A DNA stretch of 25,239 nucleotides from Acutalibacteraceae bacterium (GCA_045536615.1 JAZSNW010000031.1:1-25239), one strand, 5' to 3'; positions 8,303 through 18,057 are shown, counted from the first letter of the stretch. Translations and numbers: made by a program. Notes: a model not told the origin generated them from the letters alone.

Positions 8303-9160
8303 ATGAAAACAAGAATTATTTCCGGTCTTATAATGGCGGTAATTGTGCTTTCGGTTTTGGCACTTGGCTACACCATAAACCCAATTATCATTACGGTTTT
8401 TATCGCCCTTATCGCCCCACTTGCAACCTATGAGCTTGTGCACAATGTTGCAAAAATTAAAAGCAAAACCGCAATAATTGTTTCAATGCTTTACACCGCA
8501 GTCGGTGTTGTAAACTTTGCGCTTAATGGCTTTAAAATCGGCGACTATACCATCACAACCTACCATATAACTGTGGTTTATGTTTTAATTGCAGTTTTTG
8601 TAATATTAAATAAGCACAAGGAATTTGACCTTGCGGCAATTTTGTCACTTTGCGTTATGCCCTTTATTATGGCTTACGCTTTCGGTAGTTTAGAAAAAAT
8701 TGCAAACTTTGGCGCGGCTTATGGCTTTGAAATAAGTCCTATTTCCACCTCTAAGGGAATATATTATTTACTGATGATGCTTAATTTTTCTTCCCTTTGT
8801 GATATGGGTGCTTATTTTGTGGGCGTTACCATTGGCAAGCATAAATTATGCCCTGAAATCAGTCCTAAAAAGACGGTTGAGGGTGCAGTCGGCGGTATTT
8901 TAACAAGCGTGTTGTTTTCGTTCATATTCAGCTTTGCTTTCGGTATGACCGAAAAGCTGATACCCTGCCTTGTTTTAACCCTGCCGATTTGCATTGTTGG
9001 TATGCTTGGTGACTTGTTTGCATCCACCATTAAGCGTTCGGTCGGTCTTAAAGATTATGGCAGTTTAATCCCCGGTCACGGCGGTGTGCTTGACCGTGTT
9101 GACAGCATTTTGCTTATTTCACCCATTTATCTTATTTTAATCAGTCTTGGGGTGTTATAA
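8303..9160 (+). CDS. cdsA: Phosphatidate cytidylyltransferase
   Basis: MKTRIISG, ISPKKTVEGAVGG, GDLFASTIKR and IPGHGGVLDRVDS. Start set at ATG 8303, using the GGAGG SD in the end of uppS. Confidence 0.95.
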   Translation: MKTRIISGLIMAVIVLSVLALGYTINPIIITVFIALIAPLATYELVHNVAKIKSKTAIIVSMLYTAVGVVNFALNGFKIGDYTITTYHITVVYVLIAVFVILNKHKEFDLAAILSLCVMPFIMAYAFGSLEKIANFGAAYGFEISPISTSKGIYYLLMMLNFSSLCDMGAYFVGVTIGKHKLCPEISPKKTVEGAVGGILTSVLFSFIFSFAFGMTEKLIPCLVLTLPICIVGMLGDLFASTIKRSVGLKDYGSLIPGHGGVLDRVDSILLISPIYLILISLGVL

Positions 9161-10296
9161 TGAAAAAGCTTATTATTTTGGGCTCGACAGGGTCTATCGG
9201 CACACAAGCGCTTGAAGTTTGCCGTCGCGACGGATACACCGTTGTTGCGTTGGCGGCAGGTGGAAATATTGAACTTCTTGAAAAACAGGCAAGAGAATTT
9301 AAGGTAAAAGCCGTTGCAGTTTTTAACACCCAAAAAGCCGAAGAACTTAAAATAAAATTAAAAGACACCGATATAAAGGTTTTATCGGGTCAAGACGGTG
9401 TTTGCCAAATCGCCCAAATGGATGCCGATATAGTGCTTAATTCTATTGTTGGTATTGCGGGGCTTCGCCCAACACTTGCAGCTATTGAAAGCGGTCACGA
9501 TATTGCTTTGGCAAACAAAGAAACCTTGGTTACAGGTGGCGATATTGTTAAAAAAGCCGCCAAGGAAAAGGGCGTTAAAATTTTACCTGTCGACAGCGAG
9601 CATTCGGCAATTTTTCAGTCACTTCAAGGTGCGCCAGAAAAATCGCTTAAAAAGATTTTGCTTACCGCCTCAGGCGGTCCGTTTTTTGGCAAAACCCGTG
9701 CTGACCTTGAAAATGTAACTGTTAAAGAGGCACTTGCCCATCCAAATTGGTCAATGGGAGCAAAAATCACTATCGATTCGGCAACCCTTATGAACAAGGG
9801 GCTTGAAGTTATCGAAGCGGTGCATCTTTTTGATATTTCGGCGGATGATATTGAGGTTTTAGTTCACCGCCAAAGCATTTTGCATTCTGCGGTTGAGCTT
9901 TCTGACGGTGCGGTTATAGGTCAACTTGGCACACCCGATATGCGACTTCCTATACAATATGCTTTAACTTACCCACAGCGTAGCAATTATGCCTTTGAAA
10001 AGCTATCTCTTTCGGATATTGGCACTCTAACCTTTCAAAAGCCCGATACCGAAACCTTCCGCTGCTTACCGCTTTGCATAAAGGCAATAAACGAGGGCGG
10101 TCTTCGCCCAACTGCCGTAAACGGCGCAAATGAGGAAGCGGTAAGATTGTTTTTAGAGGGCAAAATTAAATTTTTACAAATTGCCGAACTTGTTGAAAAA
10201 GCGGCATATTCGGTTAATAATATTAAGGACTTTGGTTTAGAGGATGTTTTAGAGTGCGACAAATTAAGTCGTGCTGCGGTAAATTCTTATATTTAG
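9160..10296 (+). CDS. dxr: 1-deoxy-D-xylulose-5-phosphate reductoisomerase
   Basis: LGSTGSIG, LANKETLV, PVDSEHSAI, LTASGGPF, HPNWSMGAKITIDSATLMNKGLE and NGANE; TAATG coupling with cdsA. Confidence 0.97.
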   Translation: MKKLIILGSTGSIGTQALEVCRRDGYTVVALAAGGNIELLEKQAREFKVKAVAVFNTQKAEELKIKLKDTDIKVLSGQDGVCQIAQMDADIVLNSIVGIAGLRPTLAAIESGHDIALANKETLVTGGDIVKKAAKEKGVKILPVDSEHSAIFQSLQGAPEKSLKKILLTASGGPFFGKTRADLENVTVKEALAHPNWSMGAKITIDSATLMNKGLEVIEAVHLFDISADDIEVLVHRQSILHSAVELSDGAVIGQLGTPDMRLPIQYALTYPQRSNYAFEKLSLSDIGTLTFQKPDTETFRCLPLCIKAINEGGLRPTAVNGANEEAVRLFLEGKIKFLQIAELVEKAAYSVNNIKDFGLEDVLECDKLSRAAVNSYI

Positions 10297-11349
10297 GTGA
10301 TAGATATTACTATTTCAGAAATTTGGGGCGCAGTTTGGCCCTATCTTGCAGCGATTTCACTTTTTTTAATTTTAATAGTTATTCACGAATTTGGTCACTT
10401 CATTGCCGCAAAACTTTTGGGTGTAAAGGTTAATGAATTTGCAGTTGGCTTTGGCCCGCGCCTTTTTGGGTTTCAGGGTAAAGAGACAAAATATTCCTTT
10501 AACCTTGTGCCTCTTGGCGGTTACTGTGCTATGGAGGGCGAGGATGAAAACAGCGATGACAGTCGTGCGTTTTGTAACAAAGCGGCTTGGCGCAGGTTTT
10601 TAATTGTTATAATGGGTGCGGTTTTCAACTTAATTTTGGGGCTTATTATTGTTGCAATAATTTTAGCACCTCAAAAAATGTTTGGCTCCACCACCATTGC
10701 CGAATTTAGCGAAAACGCCTTATCCCACCAAAGCGGACTTATGGTGGATGATAAAATTATTGAAATTGACGGCAGAAGAATTTTTGGTGTTTACGATATG
10801 AACTATGCCTTTACAAATGTGGAGGATGGCAGTTTAGATATAACTGTGCTTCGTGATGGTAAAAAGGTAGAACTTGAAAATGTAAAATTTGAAACCGACG
10901 AAATGGAAGGCATTTCATATATAAAGTGGGATTTTAAGGTTTACGGCATTAAGAAAACGGCAGGAAATTATATAAAGCAAACCTTTTCAACCACCACCTC
11001 ATACTGTGTTATAATTTGGCGCAGTCTTTTAGATTTGCTTTCGGGCAAATACGGCATCAGCGCAATTTCGGGCCCTGTCGGTATGACAGTTACCATTGCC
11101 GATGCAGCAAGACAAAACTTTATGGACTTATTGCCAATGATGGCGCTAATCACAGTTAATTTAGGCATATTTAATCTTTTGCCCCTACCTGCGCTCGACG
11201 GTGGGCGTTTAGTTTTCATTTTGTTTGAAATGATTTTCAGAAGAAAAGTGCCCGAAAAATATGAAAATGTTATTCACACAGTTGGTTTTATGGTTTTAAT
11301 CGGCATAATGCTGCTGGTTACATTTAAGGATATTATTGGACTGTTTTAA
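10297..11349 (+). CDS. rseP: RIP metalloprotease RseP/RasP (M50, PDZ domain)
   Basis: HEFGH, GPRLFG, PLGGYCAMEGE and NLLPLPALDGG; exact start codon uncertain (see findings). Confidence 0.93.
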   Translation: MIDITISEIWGAVWPYLAAISLFLILIVIHEFGHFIAAKLLGVKVNEFAVGFGPRLFGFQGKETKYSFNLVPLGGYCAMEGEDENSDDSRAFCNKAAWRRFLIVIMGAVFNLILGLIIVAIILAPQKMFGSTTIAEFSENALSHQSGLMVDDKIIEIDGRRIFGVYDMNYAFTNVEDGSLDITVLRDGKKVELENVKFETDEMEGISYIKWDFKVYGIKKTAGNYIKQTFSTTTSYCVIIWRSLLDLLSGKYGISAISGPVGMTVTIADAARQNFMDLLPMMALITVNLGIFNLLPLPALDGGRLVFILFEMIFRRKVPEKYENVIHTVGFMVLIGIMLLVTFKDIIGLF

Positions 11350-11354
11350 TTAGG

Positions 11355-12416
11355 ATGATGAAAATGTTTACAAATGATATTACTAAAAAGGTTGCAGTTG
11401 GCAATATTTTTATCGGTGGCGGTGCGCCAATAAGCGTTCAGTCAATGCTTTGGGCCGAAGCCCACGATATTAAAGGCAATGTTGAACAGGCGCTTAGTTT
11501 AGAAAAAGCGGGCTGTGATATTGTGCGTGTTACCGTGCCCGATATGGAAGCATTAAAAACTGTTGAAGCGCTTAAAAAAGAAATTAAAATCCCCATTGTT
11601 GCCGATATTCATTTTGATTATCGCTTGGCTATTGAAAGTGTTGCCGCAGGGGTTGACAAGGTGCGTATAAACCCCGGTAATATTGGTGATGACAGCCGTG
11701 TCAAAGCGGTTGCCGATGCTTGTAAAAAGGCGGGCGTGCCGATTAGAATTGGCGTAAATTCCGGCTCGCTTGAAAAGGAAATTTTGGCAAAATACGGCGG
11801 GGTAACCCCCGAAGCAATGGTGGAAAGCGGTCTTTACCATATTTCACTTTTGGAAAAGTTTGATTTTAATGATATTGTCTTGTCTTTAAAATCTTCCGAC
11901 ACATTTAAAATGTATAAAGCATACGAATTAGCGGCAGAAAAATGCCCATACCCCTTGCATCTTGGCGTTACAGAAGCGGGTACTGAAAATATGGGTGTTA
12001 TAAAATCGGCTGCGGGTATTGGCGGTCTTTTGCTTTGTGGTATTGGCAACACCCTTCGAATTTCTTTGACCGATGACCCTGTAAAAGAGGTAGAAGCGGG
12101 CATTAAGCTGTTAAAGGCGATAGGCATTAGAAATGACGGAATAAAGCTTGTTTCTTGCCCTACCTGTGGCAGAACACAAATTGATTTAATAAAAATTGCG
12201 GCGGATGCCGAAAAACGGCTTTCAAATGTTAATAAAAACCTTACTGTTGCTATAATGGGCTGCGTGGTAAACGGCCCGGGTGAAGCATCGGCGGCGGATA
12301 TTGGCATTGCAGGCGGTAAAGGCTGCGGCGTGCTTTTCAAAAAGGGCGAAATTATTGCCAAATTGCCCGAAGAGCAACTTTTGGATGCACTTATTGAGGA
12401 AATTGAAAAAATGTAA
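11355..12416 (+). CDS. ispG: 4-hydroxy-3-methylbut-2-en-1-yl diphosphate synthase
   Basis: ISVQSM, VADIHFD, RINPGNIG, PLHLGVTEAG, SCPTCGRT and MGCVVNGPGE; the true start may be ATG 11358 or 11364. Confidence 0.97.
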   Translation: MMKMFTNDITKKVAVGNIFIGGGAPISVQSMLWAEAHDIKGNVEQALSLEKAGCDIVRVTVPDMEALKTVEALKKEIKIPIVADIHFDYRLAIESVAAGVDKVRINPGNIGDDSRVKAVADACKKAGVPIRIGVNSGSLEKEILAKYGGVTPEAMVESGLYHISLLEKFDFNDIVLSLKSSDTFKMYKAYELAAEKCPYPLHLGVTEAGTENMGVIKSAAGIGGLLLCGIGNTLRISLTDDPVKEVEAGIKLLKAIGIRNDGIKLVSCPTCGRTQIDLIKIAADAEKRLSNVNKNLTVAIMGCVVNGPGEASAADIGIAGGKGCGVLFKKGEIIAKLPEEQLLDALIEEIEKM

Positions 12417-12428
12417 GGAGATTTTAAA

Positions 12429-15400
12429 TTGGCTACCCCTTTGTTTTTGGATGTGTTTGGTGAATATTTTGGTGATGATATAAAAAGCGATTTGTTGGCC
12501 GCTGTTATGTCAAAATGCAACCTTGATATTGATAACAGAACTCTTTTAATTTCTTTAAGTTCGGATACATATATAAAACAAAGCGTTTTACTAGAAGTTT
12601 CAAATACGCTTAAAAGTTATTTAAAACTTTCAAAATGCAATATCGACATCTGCTTTTCGGCAGATGCGTTTTGCGTTGCCGCTTGTGAAGATATAATAAA
12701 CGAAATCAGATGCAAAAGTGCGGTTTTAAACGGATATTTCAACGGCGCCGATTATGTTATAAATAACAATGAAATAACAATAAACTTAAAGCACGGCGGT
12801 TTTGAAAAGATTGAAAATTGTGACTTTGACAAAAAGTTTTTATCCATTTGTCAAAATCGTTTTAATAAGAAATTTAACATTAAATTTGATGGACAGCTTG
12901 AAGATATTGAAATTGAAGCGCCAAAACCAATTATCAACGCCGCCCCAAAATCAGAGCCCAAAAAGGCGGAAGAAAAGCCACAAATCAAGTTTGAAAAGCG
13001 ACAGGAAAAACCCGCAAACGGCGTGGTTTATCTTGATAACCCCAAGCTTTTTTACGGCAGAAGAATTGATAACAATGTAAAAAGAATGATTGATGTCACC
13101 CCCGATGATACAATGGTTTCCTGTTGGGGCGAAGTTTTTGGCGTTGAAGTTCGAAAAATAAATACCCGCCGCGGTGAAATGAATATTGTTAATTTTGCGG
13201 TTTCGGACTATACAAATTCTATCAGCGCATCTCTTTTTATCGATATAAAGAAAATGGATGACATTAAGAATTTAAAAAACGGCAACTTCGTGCTTATAAA
13301 CGGCAGTTATGAATTCGATAATTATAAAAAAGAACATATTATAAAACCAACAGCAATGGCACTTTTACAGCCATATTTTGAAATGGATGAATATGAGGGC
13401 GTAAAAAGAATTGAACTTCATTGTCACACCAACATGTCGGACAAGGATGCTGTTTGTCCTGCCGAAGATTTAATAAATCAAGCATATAAATGGGGACATA
13501 AAGCAATCGCCATTACCGACCACGGTGTCGTTCAGGCATATCCCGCCGCCGCAGGCGCGGTCAAGAAAATTAGAAAAGCGGGTGGCGATTTTAAGGTTAT
13601 TTACGGTGTCGAGGGATATTTTGTTGATGACATAAACAACGATATAACAAATCTTGCACCAAAACAAATTAGACGCTATCACCAAATCATTTTGGTTAAA
13701 AATATGGTTGGCCTTAAAAATTTATATAAATTGGTAAGCGATGCTCACCTAAACAATTTCAAGGGCAGACCACTAACACTTCGCAGCAAACTTGACGAAC
13801 TGCGCGAAGGTTTAATTGTTGGCTCGGCCTGTGAAGCGGGCGAGCTTTATCAAGCAATTTTTGAGGGTAAGCCCCACGAAGAGCTTTTAAGAATTGCAAG
13901 CTATTATGACTATCTTGAAATTCAGCCCCTTGGAAATAACGACTTTATGGTTAGAAAATCGACCGAGCCGGATGAAAAAAATAAAAAGGGCGAGGTTATC
14001 CCAAATCCTTATCGCCATGTAACAAGCGTTGAAATGCTTAAAGCATACAACCGTAAGGTTGTTGAAATCGCGGACGAGCTTCATAAACCTGTTGTTGCAA
14101 CGGGGGATGTTCACTTCCTTAAAAAGAGTGATGAAATCATCCGTAAAATTTTACTTGCGGGTCAAAATTATGACGATTTTGACCACCAAGCACCACTTTA
14201 TCTTAAAACCACACAGGAAATGCTTGACGATTTTTCATATTTCGGCGACAGAGCGTATGAATTTGTTGTGGAAAATCCAAACAAAATCGCCGAAATGGTA
14301 AGCGGTGATATTATCCCTGTGCCTGAAGAAAGTCATCCCCCTGTAATTGAAGGGTCGGATGATATGCTTCGTGACATTTGTTGGGCAAATGCCCGCAAAA
14401 AATATGGCGAGGTTGTGCCCGAGGTTGTTGTAAAACGTCTTGAAAAAGAGCTTAATGCAATTATTTCTAACGGCTTTTCTATAATGTATATTTCAGCGCA
14501 AAAATTGGTGGCTTACAGCGAAGAAAACGGCTATCTCGTTGGTTCGCGTGGTTCGGTTGGCTCTTCTTTTGTTGCCACAATGGCAGGTATTTCAGAAGTT
14601 AACCCCCTACCACCGCATTATGTTTGCCCCGAATGTCAATATAGCGAATTTTTCTTAAAGGGCGAGGTTGGTTCGGGCTTTGATTTGCCCGAAAAGAAGT
14701 GCCCCCATTGTGACAAAATGCTTGTACGCGACGGTCACGATATACCTTTTGAAACCTTCTTGGGATTTAAAGGCGACAAAGTGCCTGATATCGACCTTAA
14801 CTTTTCGGATGAATTCCAAACCGAAGTTCAGCGTTATACCGAAGAACTTTTCGGCAGCGAAAACGTGTTTAAAGCGGGCACAATTTCAACTATTGCCGAA
14901 AAAACCGCCTATGGTTTTGCAAAGGCGTATGCCGAAAAGAAGGGCATCACCCTTTCAAATGCCGAACTTGACCGTTTGGCAAAGAAACTTGAAAAAAGCA
15001 AAATTAAGGCAACCACAGGTCAGCACCCTGCAGGTATGATTGTTGTGCCAAGAAACGAAACAATTTACGACTTTTGCCCCATTCAATACCCTGCAAACAA
15101 ACCCGAATCGGGCGTTACTACAACCCACTTCGACTTCCATTCAATTCACGATACAATTTTAAAACTTGACGAACTTGGTCACGTTGTTCCTACTACATAT
15201 AAATATTTAGAGGAATATACAGGCATTTCGGTAACTGATATTTCAATGAGCGACCCCAAAGTTTACAGTTTGTTTACTTCAACCGAAGCGCTTGGTGTCA
15301 CACCCGAAGAAATTGATTCAAACACAGGTACTTATTGTATCCCTGAATTTGGCACTTCCTTCGTTCGCGGAATGCTTGTTGACTGTAAACCTAAAAACTT

Positions 15401-16235
15401 TGCCGATTTGTTGCAAATATCCGGTCTTTCGCACGGTACGGGTGTTTACCTTGGCAACGCGAAGGATTTAATCGATAATGGCACCTGCACCATTTCGGAA
15501 GTTATTGGTACCCGTGACAATATTATGGTGTATTTAATACATCAAGGCATGGAAGAAGGACGCGCATTTAAAATCACCGAAACGGTGCGTAAGGGTCTTA
15601 TCTCAAAGGGCTTTGTTTCTAAAGAGGATTGGAACGCTATGGCTGATGATATGCGTGCAGTTGGCGTGCCCGAGTGGTATATTGAGTCTTGCCATAAAAT
15701 TGAGTATATGTTCCCCAAAGCTCACGCAGCAGCTTATGTTATCGGTGCTTTGCGACTTGCATGGTATAAGGTTTATTATCCGCTTGAATTTTACTGTGCA
15801 TATTTCACTGCCCGCCCCGAAGATGTCGATGTTCCAACCCTTATGGGTGGCAAAGAAGCGGTGCGCCGTTATCTTCGTGATATTAAAGCCAAGGGTAAAG
15901 ACGCCACCCAAAAAGAGCTGGATGTTTATGAAAATATGCTTATTTTTAATGAAATGTTATCTCGCGGAATTGAAATTTTGCCTATTGACATCAGCAAATC
16001 ACACGCTATGAAATATGTTCCCGAAGACGGTAAAATGCGTTTGCCTTTCGGTTCGCTTTCGGGCGTTGGTGAAAAGGCGGCTTATTCAATTTATGAAGCG
16101 GCACAGGCCGGCAACTATATTTCAAAGGAAGATTTTCAGTTAGAAGCGGGCGTCTCTAAAACAATCATTCAAAATTTAAGTGATTTGGGCGCCTTTAAAG
16201 ATTTGCCCGAAACAAATCAAATTTCAATGTTTTAA
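12429..16235 (+). CDS. polC: PolC-type DNA polymerase III alpha subunit lacking the inserted DEDDh exonuclease domain
   Basis: N-terminal PolC domains, OB fold, PHP (ELHCHT, TDHG, GVE, GSAC, GDVH), GSRGSVGSS, CxxC...CxxC zinc finger, VPDIDLNF and YMFPKAHAAAY. TTG start with SD AAGGAG; 1268 aa. Confidence 0.95.
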   Translation: MATPLFLDVFGEYFGDDIKSDLLAAVMSKCNLDIDNRTLLISLSSDTYIKQSVLLEVSNTLKSYLKLSKCNIDICFSADAFCVAACEDIINEIRCKSAVLNGYFNGADYVINNNEITINLKHGGFEKIENCDFDKKFLSICQNRFNKKFNIKFDGQLEDIEIEAPKPIINAAPKSEPKKAEEKPQIKFEKRQEKPANGVVYLDNPKLFYGRRIDNNVKRMIDVTPDDTMVSCWGEVFGVEVRKINTRRGEMNIVNFAVSDYTNSISASLFIDIKKMDDIKNLKNGNFVLINGSYEFDNYKKEHIIKPTAMALLQPYFEMDEYEGVKRIELHCHTNMSDKDAVCPAEDLINQAYKWGHKAIAITDHGVVQAYPAAAGAVKKIRKAGGDFKVIYGVEGYFVDDINNDITNLAPKQIRRYHQIILVKNMVGLKNLYKLVSDAHLNNFKGRPLTLRSKLDELREGLIVGSACEAGELYQAIFEGKPHEELLRIASYYDYLEIQPLGNNDFMVRKSTEPDEKNKKGEVIPNPYRHVTSVEMLKAYNRKVVEIADELHKPVVATGDVHFLKKSDEIIRKILLAGQNYDDFDHQAPLYLKTTQEMLDDFSYFGDRAYEFVVENPNKIAEMVSGDIIPVPEESHPPVIEGSDDMLRDICWANARKKYGEVVPEVVVKRLEKELNAIISNGFSIMYISAQKLVAYSEENGYLVGSRGSVGSSFVATMAGISEVNPLPPHYVCPECQYSEFFLKGEVGSGFDLPEKKCPHCDKMLVRDGHDIPFETFLGFKGDKVPDIDLNFSDEFQTEVQRYTEELFGSENVFKAGTISTIAEKTAYGFAKAYAEKKGITLSNAELDRLAKKLEKSKIKATTGQHPAGMIVVPRNETIYDFCPIQYPANKPESGVTTTHFDFHSIHDTILKLDELGHVVPTTYKYLEEYTGISVTDISMSDPKVYSLFTSTEALGVTPEEIDSNTGTYCIPEFGTSFVRGMLVDCKPKNFADLLQISGLSHGTGVYLGNAKDLIDNGTCTISEVIGTRDNIMVYLIHQGMEEGRAFKITETVRKGLISKGFVSKEDWNAMADDMRAVGVPEWYIESCHKIEYMFPKAHAAAYVIGALRLAWYKVYYPLEFYCAYFTARPEDVDVPTLMGGKEAVRRYLRDIKAKGKDATQKELDVYENMLIFNEMLSRGIEILPIDISKSHAMKYVPEDGKMRLPFGSLSGVGEKAAYSIYEAAQAGNYISKEDFQLEAGVSKTIIQNLSDLGAFKDLPETNQISMF

Positions 16236-16269
16236 TATATACATATATAAATGTATGTTAGATCGCACT

Positions 16270-16307
16270 AAAACCAAGGTAAAACGGTTGTTTGCCTTGG
16301 TTTTTTT
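16270..16307 (+). terminator. Intrinsic terminator after polC
   Basis: AAAACCAAGGTAAA-ACGGTTG-TTTGCCTTGGTTTT followed by further Ts. Confidence 0.8.
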
Positions 16308-16348
16308 GTAATAAATTTTAAGAAAGTTGCAAAAATATTAAAAAAAGG

Positions 16349-16377
16349 TTGCAATTTTGTAACCTTTTTGTTATAAT
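16349..16377 (+). promoter_or_regulatory. Putative sigmaA promoter of the M23 gene, overlapped by a WalR-like direct repeat
   Basis: TTGCAA-17 nt-TATAAT with an extended TG; TGTAAC-N5-TGTTAT at 16358-16374. Confidence 0.6.
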
Positions 16378-16416
16378 ATCCTTCGTAATGGTTACAAATT
16401 GTAATATTTAAGAAAG

Positions 16417-17658
16417 GTGCTGACTTTTATTTTTAACAAACTTTGCGACAAAATATTGACCGCGGCGCAAAATTTAATTAAGAACAATAAAGTGTTGGTA
16501 AAAATCACCTGTTTTGTTATAATCGCAACTTTAAGCTTTGTTATCAGCTTTGTTACTTGCGGTATCACTTTCGGTTTCAACGTTATTTATAACGGTGAAA
16601 ATATCGGCGTTGTAGAAGATACTGCTGTTTTTTCAGACGCTAAGGATTATATTGTTGACAATACCGAGCATCAAAAGGTTGTAAATAATATTGATGATGC
16701 ATCATTTATGCTTACCCTTACTTTAAAGGAAAAGTTTTATGACGAAAAACAACTTGCAAATGCTATTGCAGAAAACACCGAAGAAATTACAGAAGTAAAC
16801 ATTTTATATGTAAACGGCAAACCGATGGCATTTATGAAGGCACAAAACGCTGAAAAAATGCTTGAAGACGCTCGTTGCCGTTATTATATTGAAGGTGCCG
16901 AAAATTCTGCCGAATTTATTGACGAAATTAAAATTGAAAAAGCATATTCTTACACACCCCGTGTTGACAGTGAAGAAAATGTTAAGAATATTATTTCAAG
17001 CTTACAGGTTAAAACAGTTTCAAAGGTTTCTTTTGAAGCACCCATTGCTTTTTCTACAAAGGTTGTAAATACCAGCTCACAATATGTTGGTTATTCAAAG
17101 GTTACAACAAAAGGTGTGGAAGGTCGTGCCGCTAAAACCGAATTGGTTGAAACCGTAAACGGAAGTGAATCTTCACGCGAAACCCTTAAAAATGAAGTTT
17201 TGGTTCAACCCGTTACACAGGTTGTTGTAAAGGGCACAGCTATAAATATGGCATCTGCAACTGAAAAAGCAGAAGCCGCATCTAAGGGCTTTATTATGCC
17301 CCTTAAAAGCTATGTTTACATTTCGGCATATTGGGGTGACGGCCGCAATCACAAAGCCATCGACTTTGCCGGACACAGAGGTACAGCACTTTTTGCTGCA
17401 AAGGGTGGCACCGTTACTTGTGCCGGTTATCGCGGTAATTATGGATACTTAGTTGAAATTGACCACGGCGACGGTTTTAAAACCCGTTATGCACATTGCA
17501 ACGCTCTTTGCGTAAAGGTTGGTCAAACTGTGGCCCAAGGTCAACAAATTGCCACAATGGGTAACACCGGCCGTTCAACAGGCGACCACTTACACTTTGA
17601 AATACTTAAAAATGGTGTTCAGGTAAATCCTGCACCCTATTTACCAAAATTAAAATAA
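16417..17658 (+). CDS. Membrane-anchored or secreted G5-domain + M23 peptidoglycan endopeptidase
   Basis: N-terminal hydrophobic helix; G5 segment (IAFSTKVV...TKGVEG...QPVTQVVVKGT); M23 motifs HKAID, YAHC and GRSTGDHLHFE; start uncertain. Confidence 0.9.
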   Translation: MLTFIFNKLCDKILTAAQNLIKNNKVLVKITCFVIIATLSFVISFVTCGITFGFNVIYNGENIGVVEDTAVFSDAKDYIVDNTEHQKVVNNIDDASFMLTLTLKEKFYDEKQLANAIAENTEEITEVNILYVNGKPMAFMKAQNAEKMLEDARCRYYIEGAENSAEFIDEIKIEKAYSYTPRVDSEENVKNIISSLQVKTVSKVSFEAPIAFSTKVVNTSSQYVGYSKVTTKGVEGRAAKTELVETVNGSESSRETLKNEVLVQPVTQVVVKGTAINMASATEKAEAASKGFIMPLKSYVYISAYWGDGRNHKAIDFAGHRGTALFAAKGGTVTCAGYRGNYGYLVEIDHGDGFKTRYAHCNALCVKVGQTVAQGQQIATMGNTGRSTGDHLHFEILKNGVQVNPAPYLPKLK

Positions 17659-17674
17659 TTCAAACAAAATTCAG

Positions 17675-17704
17675 CAGCGTTCTTCAAACGAAGGATGCTG
17701 TTTT
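17675..17704 (+). terminator. Intrinsic terminator after the M23 gene
   Basis: CAGCGTTCTTC-AAAC-GAAGGATGCTG followed by TTTT (two G-U pairs). Confidence 0.7.
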
Positions 17705-17745
17705 ATTGCATATATATTTAACTGTGGAAAAAAACAAAAAATATC

Positions 17746-17773
17746 TTGACAAAAAAGAAAATTATGGTATAAT
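17746..17773 (+). promoter_or_regulatory. sigmaA promoter of the feo operon
   Basis: TTGACA-16 nt-TATAAT with an extended TG. Confidence 0.75.
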
Positions 17774-17780
17774 AATTTTC

Positions 17781-17799
17781 GGTTAGCAATGGCTAACTT
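17781..17799. promoter_or_regulatory. Palindromic operator candidate, copy 1, near the feo transcription start
   Basis: GGTTAGC-AATG-GCTAACTT; 17 of 19 nt identical to copy 2. Confidence 0.7.
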
Positions 17800-17819
17800 A
17801 ACTTTTTGGGAGGTTTCAA

Positions 17820-18041
17820 ATGAAAACTTTGAAAGACTTAAAGGTCGGCAAAACTGCAAAAGTTGTGAAAGTTCACGGTGAAGGTGCGGTTAGACGACGT
17901 ATAATGGATATGGGCATCACAAAGGGTGTTGAAATTTTTGTTAGAAAAGTTGCACCTTTGGGCGACCCGATGGAATTGGCGGTTAGGGGTTATGAATTGT
18001 CACTCCGCAAGGCCGATGCTGAAATAATTGAAATTGAATAA
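17820..18041 (+). CDS. feoA: Ferrous iron transport protein A
   Basis: LKDLKVG, RRRIMDMGITKG, KVAPLGDP and LSLRKADA; SD GGGAGG. Confidence 0.95.
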   Translation: MKTLKDLKVGKTAKVVKVHGEGAVRRRIMDMGITKGVEIFVRKVAPLGDPMELAVRGYELSLRKADAEIIEIE

Positions 18042-18057
18042 TTATTTTTTAACCAAA

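Noticed and set aside
11834-12520. 228-aa antisense ORF over ispG/polC, and the other nested or antisense ORFs in the track (e.g. 3611-4114, 19570-20070, 24452-24997)
   Set aside because: Shadow frames of well-supported genes, with no SD, motifs or independent signals.
16239-16256. Short AT-rich inverted repeat ATACAT-N6-ATGTAT after polC
   Set aside because: A weak 6-bp stem expected by chance; the real terminator follows at 16270.
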